A stretch of 64,000 nt of DNA, from contig NIVC01001530.1 of the NCBI GenBank assembly GCA_002269645.1, positions 186,001 to 250,000 of the forward strand. Reading direction: 5' to 3'. This DNA comes from Macrostomum lignano. Its lineage: Eukaryota. The notes beneath the pieces are model-generated. The model was not told where the DNA came from and did no database searches. It saw only the letters and a program-made list of their open reading frames with translations. The translations under genes were made by a program, and so were the position numbers. How positions within the stretch are numbered: the first letter of the stretch is position 1; each line of letters opens with the position of its first letter. Shown here piece after piece: positions 47,001 through 59,674 of the stretch.

Positions 47001-47799
47001 CATTCTCCAGTCGGCGGCAGTGCTCCAATCCAGCCCGATCACTGGCCAGACGAGCCAAGGACTCCGAAGTTTCAGTTGGAGGCGCCGGCGTCACCGCCAG
47101 GTATCGCAGTCCGCTGGCAACCAATCGGAATTGAGCTCGGATCGCCAGCTCGCCAAGCAGCAAGCGCAGCAGCAAACCGGAGTGGACTGGGCCAACCATT
47201 TGCTGCCGGCTGTTCCCCTGCTGCCGCGACCCTTGACGACTGAATGAGGCCAGATGCAGCTCGAGGCAGTCCAGTTTGGGCGCGTGGACGCCAATCTGAT
47301 CAGACAAAGAGTGCGAATCGAATCTGAATGACACCGAGCTCAGATACAACTGCAGGTGAGTGAGCTCGGGCAGTTGAGCTTTTGGCTGGCAGTTGCACCA
47401 GTCTGACAGGCTATGCAGTCGGATGCGCAGCTCTCGGAGACTGGGAACTTGGGCAAGCAGCCAGGACAGCCGGGCGGAACCAGGCTCGAGCTCGAGGCAG
47501 GCGAGGCGGAGAACTGATAGGCTGAAAATTGGCCGATGAAGGAGGCAGCGCAGCAGCTGCCATTGAGTGACATCGGGCCGGTGCAACAGCTCCATGCAAC
47601 GAAGCTGATACCGCCAACTGACCAGTCTGAGTAACTTCTGAAGCTGGGCAAGCTGCATCAAGCTACAGCTCAAACCAAATGTGAGTTGATTTACTGGGAG
47701 GCCAGTGGCTGCTGGTACTGCCAAGCAGAAGCTGAACAAGTCACTGGCTGGTAAATACTGCATCAACTGCTGCAGTAGCTCTGGTGGGAGGCATTCCAT
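47001..47799 (-). CDS. F-box/LRR-like exon A
   Basis: MECLPPELLQQLMQYLPASDLFSF is an F-box-like motif, followed by LRR-like VPSLRELRI, LPELTHLQL, APKLDCLEL. Candidate donor AATG|gtaata (phase 1); otherwise reads to a stop at 46960. Confidence 0.75.
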
Positions 47800-48410
47800 T
47801 TCAAAGCTGGATACTTAATACCTGGAAAGCCTCACTGAAATGAAAGTTTTGTACAATCATATAAATTTATGCATGCATATTTGTGTTATTGATAACTCTA
47901 TCTAATTGAACAAAATCATCAATTAGTAAATGATTTTTTTAAAGTTAAGATAACTCCTTTACATAATGGTTTATTAACCTTGCTTGAAATATATATTTCT
48001 TAATTAAATTATCTGTAATATAAAGTTATAATTATGCATTAACTTTAATAAATTGTGATTTTTGTAAATTGGATTTAAAGAGTATTGAACACTGGAAATG
48101 AATTAGGTACAGTTTAAAAAACTATAATTAATAAAAAAATCTAGGCCAAATCCAAAGAGGAAAAATTATTCAAATAAAATTATAAAAAATCTAATCCTAA
48201 CCAAAAAAAATAAAGTCTCATAATACTTCCAATGGTAGCTAGTCATAAACTTAAGTTATAAAATATAAGTCATAAACTAGGTTAAAATAAAATTCAAAAT
48301 GGATTTTTAGAAATATCTTTTTTATGAAATTAAATTAAATTATTAAATTAAATTCAGATTTTTATTAATTCAAGTTTACAGTTGTTTTTGTTGTTTTATA
48401 AGTATAAATA

Positions 48411-49200
48411 TCTCTACCTATAAAAATCTCTACATATAAAAATCAAAACTCTGTGTGTCTGTGTGTGTGTGTGTGTCTGTGTGTGGACAATTTTGATCGC
48501 TATGGACTCCCAAACCGCTCAACCAAATGACACCAAACTTTACACCCACCCTAAACTTACTACGGAGAATGTCTTAGGCTACCTTTTAATTTCCTAAATT
48601 TGAGTCTTCCAACCTAAAAGTACAAAAAACTGCTCAAAATGCGCGATTTTTTCACTTAATCCTCCATAGCGCCGCTCCACTTCTACCGATTCTCTTCAAA
48701 TTTGACACAGATAATCTTTAACTATTTTGGCACAATTGTGTAAAATTTCGAGTCTCAAAGTCAATCCTGAGCGGTGCTGTGCACTTTTAAAGTTAGGCTG
48801 TTTTTTTTCAGCGTAGCAACCACCCCAACCTCCGCCCGCCTGCCTCTCTTTCCCGATCCCGATCTGGGCCCAGATGTGTAAAAAGGTTTCAAAATTGACT
48901 AACTTTCAGCTGCCATAAGTTTGCTCCACGTAAAGCGATTGACTTCAAACTTGACACAATTCTTCATTGACTCATTCTCTATCTAAATGTAAAGTTTCAA
49001 CTCTGTAACTCAACCGAAAAAGAAACTGTAAGCATGTGAAGTTTGTCTGCTTTTTCTGTTGTTTGTGCCACTCACTCACTCATTCCCCAGAGCCAGACGA
49101 AGGGTCAGGCGATAGGACTGAATGTACATACAAATGTACAGTGTTTTGGAATAACTTTATTTATAGCCTTCTCTGCACCCCGAGAGTGGAGAGGCTACGT
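48411..49200 (+). mobile_element. Helitron-like non-autonomous element (duplicated 5' end)
   Basis: A|TCTCTACCTATAAAAA TCTCTACATATAAAAATC followed by (TG)n; internal ccaccccaacctccgcccgc shared with the 51.6/53.5-kb copies. 3' end degenerate. Confidence 0.5.
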
Positions 49201-49559
49201 TTAGCCATAACAGTTTAGTGAGAAATTCTAACCATTGCCCTCCTCTCTGTATTGGCAAACTCTGCAGCAGTTTAACAGTGGATGGCAATTGGCAAATCGA
49301 GGGAATCCAGCATGGTTTGTAAAAGCGAAAGATTTATGAAAAGGCGATGCGATGCAATGAAATACAACCCTAATAAATTAGGCACACCATGGAAATTTTA
49401 AGTTTCTCTTAAAAGTACTTTAAAATTTAAATGGCCTCCTAAGAAATGCGTATTTCCTTGGTTGTTAGACTGATGCAAACTGCAGTAGAGCTGAAGATAC
49501 ACAAATTCCTTTCAGGGCTGCGAATTGGCAAGAAAGATGACGTGATCAAAGCATGAGAA

Positions 49560-50362
49560 CAACCATGTCAGTGGCCAGATAAAGAATCCAGCTTATGGCT
49601 GAGGGGCAGATGAAAGTGGAAAGAAGGAATAGACGATTCGAAGAGAGAAGAAGCGAAAGAGGGGATAAAAGAAAATATAAAAGATAATAGGAGAGATGAG
49701 GGGGTGAGGACGATGAGAGAAAGGGGGAGAAGAGGGGAGAGAGGAAAAGCGAGAGGAGAGAGTAGAGATGAGAGCAGAGAGCTGCAGATGAGAGGAGACA
49801 GCAGAGAGGAGAGCAGAGAGTTGACACAAAAAAGCTTGCGGCGCGAAAAAAAATCGTAGGCGCGAAAAAAATGGGCACTCCTCACTCCCACCACTGGGGA
49901 AGAGAGAAGAGATAAAGATACATCTCTACATCTCCAAGGTTGTAGAGATGAGAGAGGTGGAAGGAGAGATGAGAAATGAGAGATGAGAGATAAAGGAGAG
50001 AGGAGACTCGAGAGAGAGAGAAGAGAGGGAGAGAGAGTATAGAAAAGGGAAGAGAAGAGAAAAAAGTAAGGAGAAAGGAAAGTGAGGAGTCAAAAGAGGG
50101 GAAAGAAAAGAGTACAGAGGAGAGAGGTGAGAGAACATATAAGACTGAGATGCCAGATTAAAGAGGGGGATGAGAGAGCAGAGACGAGAGTGAACAGATG
50201 AAAGATGGGAGAGTAGAGAGAACAGAGAAGAGATAAGAGATTACGGAGACGAGAGGAGAGAAGAGAGACAAATGTAGAGAAGTGAGTGAGGAGAGAGGAG
50301 AGGAAAGAGGAGAATGGAGAGGGGAGAGAGTAGAGAGAGGAGGAGAGATAAGAGAGAAAGAC

Positions 50363-50434
<72 letters not shown>

Positions 50435-51000
50435 AGAGAGAAATTAGAAGAGATAAGAGAGAAAAGATAAAAGAAAAGAAAGGAAAGATGAAAGAGCAAA
50501 GGCGAGAGAGAAAAAAGAGGTGAGGGAAGAGACGAGAGAAGAGGGGAGAGAGGAGAGAGGAAAGAAGAGATGAGAGGAGAGAGAGAGAGGAACGAGTAGA
50601 GAGGAGAGATGAGAGAGTAGAGGAGACAGTTAAGAGAAGAGAGAAAAGAATAGAGAGGAGAAGGAAGAGACGAGAGAAGAGGGGGGAGAGGAGAGAGGAG
50701 AGGAGAGAGAAAAGAAGAGGGAAGAGATGAGATAAGAGAAATGAAAGAAAAGAGAGATGAGGGAAGATACGAGATAAGATGGGAGAGGAGAGAGGAGAGG
50801 AGAGAGAAAACGAAAGAGTAGAGAGGAGAGAGGAGAGGAGAGAGAAAAGAAGAGACATGAGATGAGATAAGAGAGATGAAAGAGAAGAGAGATGAAAGAG
50901 AAGAGAGATGAGGGAAGATACGAGAGAAGAGGGGAGAGATGAGAGAGGAGAGACGAGGGACGAGAGAGAAGAGAGGAAACAGAAGAGACGATAGAAATTT
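49560..51000. repeat. GA-rich polypurine tract including perfect (GA)n at about 50370-50432
   Basis: Composition; the Ser/Leu-rich ORFs are artefacts. Confidence 0.92.
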
Positions 51001-51319
51001 TAAAGGATCCAAGGGACGTAGGGAGAGGCAGGGAGAGGCCAGAGTTTGCCCATACATGTTTTAGAGTCAGACAGACATTGCCTGACATTCTGCGCAGTAC
51101 CCCAGACAACAATATCAATGTTTGCCTCAAATCCTAATTTTACACGAATGTGCTTCATTTTATGTCTACCTCTATCCTACTAACTATTAACAAGTTTTTG
51201 TTTGTGTATGGCCTTAGATTTCAGAATACATGCAAAAGTAGTTCCGGGGATTGGAATTCCCCGGGTTCAAAATCCGCGGGTTTCAACAGCTTGTCTCTCC
51301 TTCTTCTCTTCTTCTCTCT

Positions 51320-52256
51320 TCCTAATACTAAAACCGACGCGATGTTTGTCTGTCTGTCTGTCTGTCTGTATGTTGCAAGTGAACTCCTACAATTCTGGTA
51401 AGTCAGCGTCGAAACTTATATGGGAAAACTGCAAATTTTCCGGAGCAGGCTTTAGGCTATTTTAATTTTTAATTTTCACATTTTAACATCCCTAAAAAAG
51501 CATAAATCTGCTTTTTTAACCCCCAATAACCTTCTTTGGCCACTCTGCCTGGGGCTGCAGCCAGTTTGTAAAAATAGCCACCCCAACCTCCGCCCGCGGG
51601 CCGCTGTGTATTGAGGGGTGGTGGGTGCGCGTGTTCTGGGTTCAATGCAAATAAACCCCCCCGCGTATTGGGGGGTTGAATTAAATTTAATGCTTCCCCA
51701 GAACGGGGGTTGGGCTTGGGCTGAGTGTACATAGCAGTTGTACAGTGTAAATAGATAGACTGTGTCGAGATTCATTTGGTTTTATTATTGGCAGCCCTGT
51801 GTATTAGTTTGGCAGTGAAATTCAATGAATAAACTTGCGAGCTTCTCTAGCAAGCAGTCGGGAAATCGGTAAATTTCAAACGCTAACTGTTCCTCGAGTT
51901 TTAAACTTTGAGAGGAGAGACTTATATTGCTGGAAAGATCTTGCAGCGCTGAGTTCGGGATATAAGTTGTATGCTTTAAATATGAAAAGAGAAAGCACCG
52001 CATTTAAAAAACTATTTCCATACTTTTAACTTTCTGCAAAAATTGTACTCAGTTTTGCGAGACGTAATAGATAAAGTTGGGCGTATTGGAAGGGGGTCTG
52101 CCGCTGCGTATTGGAGGGTTGATTTAGATTGCGCAACCGTTTATTTAACTTTAAATAAGACTGATACTGTCTGACTGAGAAATGGTTTGCGCAATTAATT
52201 GATTCAATTAATTCAACACGCAGCTCTATGCAGCTCTAACCCTAACCCTAACCAAT
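51320..52256 (+). mobile_element. Helitron-like module copy 1 (TCCTAATACTAAAA head, (TGTC)n, ends with CCCTAA repeats)
   Basis: Nearly identical to 53241-54152 over about 0.9 kb. Confidence 0.6.
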
Positions 52257-52319
52257 GAATTCTGAGAGTTAAGTTCTTTTTGACAGAGAAAATTTCGATT
52301 GAGTCCAGTTTCACGGAGT

Positions 52320-52590
52320 ATTCTGATGGTTTTCGGTTTCACGGAGAGGATTTCTTTTTCGTGGAGAGAATCTAGATGTATTTCTGTTTTACGGAGACGA
52401 TTTTGATGGATGTCAGTTTCACTCAGAGGATTTCCATGGAGCCCAGTTTCACGGAGAGGATTTCTGTTTCGCGGATTGGATTTCGAAAGGAGTCCAGTTT
52501 CACGGAGAGGGTTTCTGTTTCGCGGAGAGGATTTCTGTTTCGCGGAGAGGATTTCTGTTTCGCGGAGAGGATTTCTGTTTCACGAAGGGA
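52320..52590. repeat. About 21-bp tandem repeat (tttcgcggagaggatttctgt)
   Basis: About 10 imperfect copies. Confidence 0.8.
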
Positions 52591-52619
52591 TTTTTATGGA
52601 TTTGGTATCTTCAGTCAGT

Positions 52620-53045
52620 CAGTAAAGAGGGTAAAGAGAAGAGTGAAAAGAGAAGAGAGAAGAGATTATAGAAAAGAGAGTAGAGATGAGAGAGGACAGA
52701 TTAGACATGACAGATGGGAGAGAAGAGGGGAGTAAGGCGGGAACGAAGAGGGAGAGAGAAGAAAAGAGGAGAGAGGAGATGAGAGGGAAGATATGAGATA
52801 GCAGAGGGAGACAGGAGAGATGAGAGGAGAGAGAAGAGAGGAGCTGAGAGTAGAGGAGAAAGAAATAGTGAGATGAGGCATGAGGGATGAGAGATGAGAG
52901 AGGAGAGAAGAGAGGAGAGAGGAGAAAACAGGGGATAAAGGAGACAGGAGAGAAAGACGAAAGACGAGGGAGAAGAGATAAATAAGGTGGTAGAGATGAG
53001 AGACGTGAGAGGAGAGAAAAGAGAAGAGAGGAGACAGAAGAATCT
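52620..53045. repeat. GA-rich polypurine tract
   Basis: Composition. Confidence 0.9.
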
Positions 53046-53240
53046 GAGTCTGGACAATGGCAGTCAGTTTTTGCGAACAGGGAAAACAAGATATGGTATT
53101 TGAAAGGCTTTACAGAGGATTTGGAGATGATTTGGAAGATGGGATTCAAGTCATGGAATTTCAGCTGATGGATTTCAGGGAATGGAATTCCGGTGATGGG
53201 AGTTCTTCCCCTTTCTCCTCCATCGGAGGAGTTGGCCTCG

Positions 53241-54152
53241 TTAATACTAAAAGTGGTGCGTTGTTTGTGTATGTATGTTGTAAGTGAACTCCTACAATAC
53301 TGCCAAGTCAGCGTCGAAACTTATATGGGAAAACTGCAAATTTTCCGGAGCAGGCTTTAGGCTATTTTAATTTTTAATTTTCACATTTTAACATCCCTAA
53401 AAAAGCAGAAAACTGCTTTTTTAACCCCCAATAACCTTCTTTGGCCACTCTGCCTGGGGCTGCAGCCAGTTTGTAAAAATAGCCACCCAACCTCCGCCCG
53501 CGGGCCGCTGTGTATTGAGGGGTGGTGGGTGCGAGTGGAAATAAAACCCCCCGCGTGTGGGGGGGGGGGGTTCAGTTAAATTTAATGCTTCCCCCAGAAC
53601 GGGGGTAGGGCTTGGGCTGAGTGTACATAGCAGTTGTACAGTGTAAATAGATAGACTGTGTCGAGATTCATTTGGTTTTATTATTGGCAGCCCTGTGTAT
53701 TAGTTTGGCAGTGAAATTCAATGAATAAACTTGCGAGCTTCTCTAGCAAGCAGTCGGGAAATTGGTAAATTTCAAACGCTAACTGTTCCTCGAGTTTTAA
53801 ACTTTGAGAGGAGAGACTTATATTGCTGGAAAGATCTTGCAACGCTGAGTTCGGGAATATAAGTTGTATGCTTTAAATATAAAAAGAAAAAGCACAGCAT
53901 TTAAAAAACTATTTCCATACTTTTAACTTTCTGCAAAAACTGTAATCAGTTTTGCGAGACGTAATAGATAAAGTTGGGCGTATTGGAAGGGGGTCTGCCG
54001 CTGCGTATTGGAGGGTTGATTTAGATTGCGCAACCGTTTATTTAACTTTAAATAAGACTGATACTGTCTGACTGAGAAATGGTTTGCGCAATTAATTGAT
54101 TCAATTAATTCAACACGCAGCTCTGTGCAGCTCTAACCCTAACCCTAACCAA
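53241..54152 (+). mobile_element. Helitron-like module copy 2
   Basis: Duplicate of 51320-52256, ending ctaaccctaaccctaaccaa. Confidence 0.6.
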
Positions 54153-54629
54153 TCCTATATACTAAAAATGAGTTGTCTGTATGTGGGTATGTGGGTATGC
54201 GATAGATTTCAGAAAAATTGGCTCAACCGATTTTCTTCAAACTTGCACCATTCGATCAGAAATTTTCCTGGGACGGTACATGCATCTTGGCTAAGAAATT
54301 GCTCAATGTTAAAGGGATTAAATATTCGAAAAACATGCTTTTTTGCAGAGGTCAAGCAGCTCTTTCGACCTGAAATGCATTGTAAGAATGCTAGAGAAAA
54401 AACTGACTGACTGAATTCCGATTGTGATAAAGATTGCATCACAACAAGTTGAAAACAGTGCCGAAGAAATGCACACACGACTTGATTAAAATTGCGTAAC
54501 CAATATTGCTAACTTGAACTGAGACTGATACTGGCTGACTGAGAAATTGATTATGTCATAACTTTTTACTCCAATTGACTTGCTGTAAGAATTGAATTAT
54601 AAGGGCCACAATTCATGTTCTCCAATTGA

Positions 54630-54715
54630 AAAGAGATAGCCAAGATGCGAACAGACTGGACTGCTAATGTAGCGACCTGGGTTCGAATCTTAGTAGTGCA
54701 AAAAAGATTTTTTTT
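54630..54715 (+). ncRNA. tRNA-derived Pol III cassette (A box, B box, oligo-T), copy 1; not a functional tRNA
   Basis: TAGCCAAGATG, CTGGA-CTGCTAA-TGTAG, CTGGG-TTCGAAT-CTTAG, then T8; no acceptor stem pairing. Confidence 0.5.
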
Positions 54716-54769
54716 ATTAAAACACCTAAAAAACACAAAACTACTAAACATAAAAGAAGCGCAATGTGA

Positions 54770-57165
54770 AACATAGAAGAGCCACCATGTCGAACATTAA
54801 AGAGCCCACATGTCAAACATAAAAGAGCCACCATGTCAAACCTAAACGAGCCACCATGTCTAATATTTAAGAGGCACCATGTAAAACATATAAGTGACTT
54901 TATGTCAAACATAAAAGAGCCACCATTTCGAACATTAAACAGCCACCATTTCGAAAATTAAAGAGCCACCATGTCGAACATTAAAGAGCCACTATTTCGA
55001 ACATTAAAGAGCCACCATTTCGAACATTAAAGAGCCACCATGTCGACCATAAAAGAGCCACTATTTCGAACATCAAAGAGCCATCATGTCAAACATAAAA
55101 GAGCCAACATGTCAAACATAAAAGAGCCAACATGTCAAACATAAAGAGCCACCATGTCAAACATTTAAGAGCCACCATGTCAAACATATATGTGACTTTG
55201 TGTCAAACATTAAAGAGCCACCATTTCGAACATTAAAGAGCCACTATTTCGAACATTAAAGAGCCACCATGTCAAACATGAAAGAGCTACCATTTCAAAC
55301 ATTAAAGAGCCACCATGTCAAACATTCAAAAGCCACATTGTCAAACATTAAAGAGCCATTATGTCGTACATTAAAGAGCCACCATTTCGAACATTAAAGA
55401 GCCACCATGTCGAACATAAAAGAGCCACTATTTTGAACATTAAAAAGCCACCATTTCGAACATTAAAGAGCCACCATTTCGAACATAAAAGAGCCACCAT
55501 GTCAATCATTAAAGAGCCACCATGTCAAACATAAAGAGCCACCATTTTGAATATTAAAGAGCCACTATGTCAAACATTTAGGAGCCACTTTGTCGAACAT
55601 TAAAGAGCCACCATGTCAAACATAAAAGAGCCAACATGTCAGACATTAAAAAAGCCACCGTACAGATATAAAAGAGTTACCATGTAGAACAAAAAAGAGC
55701 CACCATTTCGAACAAAAAAGAGCCACCATGTCAAACATAAAAGAGCCACCATGTCAAACATAAAAGAGCCAACATGTCAAACATAAAGAGCCACCATATC
55801 AAAAATTTAGGAGCCACCATGTCAAACATATATGTGACTTTATGTCAAACATTAAAGAGCCACAATTTCGAACATAACAGAGCTACGATGTCAAACATTA
55901 AAGAGCCACCATGTCGAACTTTAAAGAGCCACCATGTCGAACATTAAAGAGCCACCATGTCAAACATTAAAGAGCCACCATGTCGAAAATTAAAGAGCCA
56001 CCATGTCTAACATTAAAAGTCACCATGTTAAACATTAAAGAGCCACCATATCAAGCATAAAAGAGCCACCATGTCAAACCTAAAAGAGCCACCATGTCGA
56101 AAATTTAAGAGCCAAAATGTAGAATATAAAAGAGCCACCATGTCAACCATATAAGTGACTTTATGTCAAATATTTAAGAGCCACCATGTTAAACCTAAAA
56201 GAGTCACCATGTTAAACCTAAAAGAGCCACCATGTTAAACCTAAAAGAGCCACCATGTCGAACACTTAAGAGCCACAATGTAAAATATTAAAGAGCCACC
56301 ATTTCGAACATATAAGTGACTTTATGTCAAACATTAAAGAGCCACCATGTCGAACATTAAAGAGCCACCATGTAAAACAAAAGAGCCACCATTTCGAACA
56401 TTAAAGAGCCACCATGTCTAACATTAAAAGTTACCATGTTAAACATTAAAGAGCCACCATATCAAGCATAAAAGAGCCACCATGTCAAACCTAAAAGAGC
56501 CACCATGTCGAAAATTTAAGAGCCAAAATGTAGAATATAAAAGAGCCACCATGTCAACCATATAAGTGACTTTATGTCAAATATTTAAGAGCCACCATGT
56601 TAAACCTAAAAGAGCCACCATGTTAAACCTAAAAGAGTCACCATGTTAAACCTAAAAGAGCCACCATGTCGAACACTTAAGAGCCACAATGTAAAATATT
56701 AAAGAGCCACCATTTCGAACATATAAGTGACTTTATGTCAAACATTAAAGAGCCACCATGTCAAACATAGAAATGCCACCAAGTAAAATATAAAAGAGCT
56801 ACCATATCAAACATAAAATAGCCATCATGTCAAACATAAAAGAGTCATCATGTGAAACATATACGTGACTCAATGTCAAACATTAAAGAGCCACCATGTC
56901 AAACATAAATGAGACACCATATGTCGAACATTAAAGAGCCACCATGTCAAACATTAAAGAGCCACCATGTCAAACATTAAAGAGCCACCATGTTAAACAA
57001 TAAAGAGCCACCATGTCGAACATTAAAGAGCCACTATGTCAAACATTTAGGAGCCACCATGTCAAACATTAAAGAGCCACCATGTCGAACATAAAAGAGC
57101 CACCATGTCGAACATAAAAGAGCCACCATGTCAAGCATAAAAGAGCCACCATGTCGAACATAAAA
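54770..57165. repeat. 23-bp satellite (aaagagccaccatgtcgaacatt)
   Basis: About 100 units, with interspersed catatatgtgactttatgtc variants. Confidence 0.95.
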
Positions 57166-57254
57166 TTTACACAATTTCAAACGTGAAAGTAAGCGAATTT
57201 TAAAGGAGCCACTATAATGCTAAGGAAATTGTCGCACTAGCTACTTATTGTCTG

Positions 57255-57700
57255 GTAGATGCTTGCTATTTGGGGATGCTTGCTATCTGAGGGATGCTTT
57301 CTATCTGGGGGATGCTTGCTATCTGGGGGATGCTTGCTATCTTGGGATGCTTGCTATCTGGGGGATGCTTGCTATCTGGGGGATGCTTGCTATCTGGGGG
57401 ATGCTTGCTATCTGGGGGATGCTTGCTATCTGGGGGATGCTTGCTATCTTGGGGATGCTTGCTATCTGAGGGATGCTTGCTATCTGGGGGATGCTTGCTA
57501 TCTGGGGGATGCTTGCTATCTGAGGGATGCTTGCTATCTGAGGGATGCTTGCTATCTGGGGGATGCTTGCTATCTGGGGGATGGTTGCTATCTAGGGGAT
57601 GCTTGCTATCTGGGGGATGCTTGCTATCTGGGGGATGCTTGCTATCCGGGGGTTGCTTGCAATCTGGAGGATGCTTGCTATCTGGGGAATGCTTGCTGTC
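57255..57700. repeat. 18-bp satellite (gatgcttgctatctgggg)
   Basis: About 24 units. Confidence 0.95.
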
Positions 57701-58049
57701 TTGGGATGATTTCTTTTTGCATTTCACTTCCTTTGAGTATTTTGTCTGTTTTCTTTGTGAAGGCTTTTTTGGCTATCTTTTTGTTACTTGTAGAGAACAG
57801 AGGTTCTATACAGACGTCCCCCAACGGGGGGCGAAGATTCAATTCTGATAAAGATTGCATCACAACAAGTTGAAAACAGTGCCGAAGAAATGCACACACA
57901 ACTTGATTGAAATTGCGTAACAATATTGCTAACTTGAACTGAGACTGATACTGGCTGACTGAGAAATTGATTATGTCATAACTTTCTACTCTAATTGACT
58001 TGCTGTAAGAATTGAATTATAAGGGCCACAATTCATGTTCTCCAATTAA

Positions 58050-58133
58050 CAAGAGATAGCGTAGATGCGAATAGACTGGACTGCTAATGCAGCGACCTGG
58101 GTTCGAATCTTAGTAGTGCAAAAAGATTTTTTT
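58050..58133 (+). ncRNA. tRNA-derived Pol III cassette, copy 2
   Basis: Same as 54630-54715. Confidence 0.45.
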
Positions 58134-58184
58134 ATTCTAAAACCTTAAAAACACAAAATGCTAAACACAAAAAAGCACAAAGTC

Positions 58185-59570
58185 AAACATTAAAGAGCCA
58201 CAAGGTCGAATATTAAAGAGCCACCATGTCGAACATTATAGAGCCACCATGTCGAACATTAAAGAGCCACCATATCGAACATTAAAGAGCCATCATGTCT
58301 AACATTAAAGAGCCACCATGTCTAACATTAAAGAGCCACCATGTCGAACATTAAAGAGCCACCATGTCAAATATTAAAGAGCCACCATGTCCAACATATA
58401 TGTGACTTTATGTCAAACATTAAAGGGCCATCATTTCAAACATAAAAGGAACACCATGTCAAATATTAAAGAGGCATCATGTCGAACATTAAAAAGCCAC
58501 CATGTCAAACATTAAAGAGCCACCATGTCGAACATTAAAGAGCCACCATGTCAAACATAAAAGGACCACCATGTCAAATATTAAAGAGGCACCATGTCGA
58601 ACATTAAAGAGCCACCATGTCGAACATAAAAGAGCCACAATGTCAAACATTAAAGAGCCACCATGTCGAAAATTAAAGAGCCACCATGTCCAACATATAT
58701 GTGACTCCATGTCAAACATTGAAGAGCCATCATGTCAAACATAAAAGAGCCACCATGTCAAACATAAAAGGACCACCATGTCAAATATTAAAGAGGCACC
58801 ATGTCGAACATTAAAAAGCCACCATGTCGAACATTAAAGAGCCACTATGTCAAACATATATGTGACTTCATGTCAAGCAGTAAAGAGCCACCATGTCAAG
58901 CATAAAAGAGCCACCATGTCGAACATAAAAGAAGCACCATGTCGAACATAAAAGAGCCACCATGTCGAACATTTAAGAGCCACAATGTCAAACATTAAAG
59001 AGCCACCATGTCGAAAATTAAAGAGCCACCATGTCCAACATATATGTGACTCCATGTCAAACATTGAAGAGCCATCATGTCAAACATAAAAGAGCCACCA
59101 TGTCAAACATAAAAGGACCACCATGTCAAATATTAAAGAGGCACCATGTCGAACATTAAAAAGCCACCATGTCGAACATTAAAGAGCCACCATGTCGAAC
59201 ATTAAAGAGCCACCATGTCAAACATTAAAGAGCCACCATGTCAAATATTAAAGAGCCACCATTTCAAACATTAAAGAGCCATCATTACAGACATTAAGGT
59301 GCCACCAGGTCAAACATTAAAGAGCCATCACGTCAAACATAAAAGGACCACCATGTCCAACATCAAAGAGCCATCATGCCAAACATTAAAGTGCCACCAT
59401 GTCGAAAATAAAAAAGCTACCATGTAGAACATTAAAGGGCCATCATGCCAAACATAAAGGAGCCACCATGTCAAAAATTAAAGAGCCACCATGTCAAACA
59501 TAAAAGGACCACCATGTCAAACATTAAAGAGACACCATGTCGAACATTAAAGAGCCACCATGTCAAACAT
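58185..59570. repeat. 23-bp satellite
   Basis: Same unit; contains a 345-bp (15-mer) duplicated block. Confidence 0.95.
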
Positions 59571-59674
59571 AAGAAACAATTTCAAACGTAAAAGTAAGCG
59601 TCATGTCAATTTTTAAGGAGCCACTATAGAGCTAAGGAAATTGTTGCACTAGCTACTTATTGTCTGGTGGATGC

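Larger units (their letters stand above)
54153..57839 (+). mobile_element. Satellite-laden non-autonomous Helitron, unit 1
   Basis: A|TCCTATATACTAAAAATGAG head; 23-bp array about 54770-57165; 18-bp array about 57255-57700; hairpin cccccaacgggggg at about 57818-57831; terminal CTAG lost by deletion. Confidence 0.78.

Noticed and set aside
49546-53149. Ser/Leu/Pro-rich or Glu/Arg-rich ORFs of up to 299 aa (also at 1927-2379)
   Set aside because: Artefacts of GA-rich low-complexity DNA.
52236-54150. Interstitial telomere or chromosome fusion site
   Set aside because: Only about 3 CCCTAA units, both at the same position of a duplicated mobile module.
54630-54700. tRNA-Ser(GCT) gene
   Set aside because: No acceptor stem, degenerate D-arm and a short variable loop; treated as a tRNA-derived cassette.
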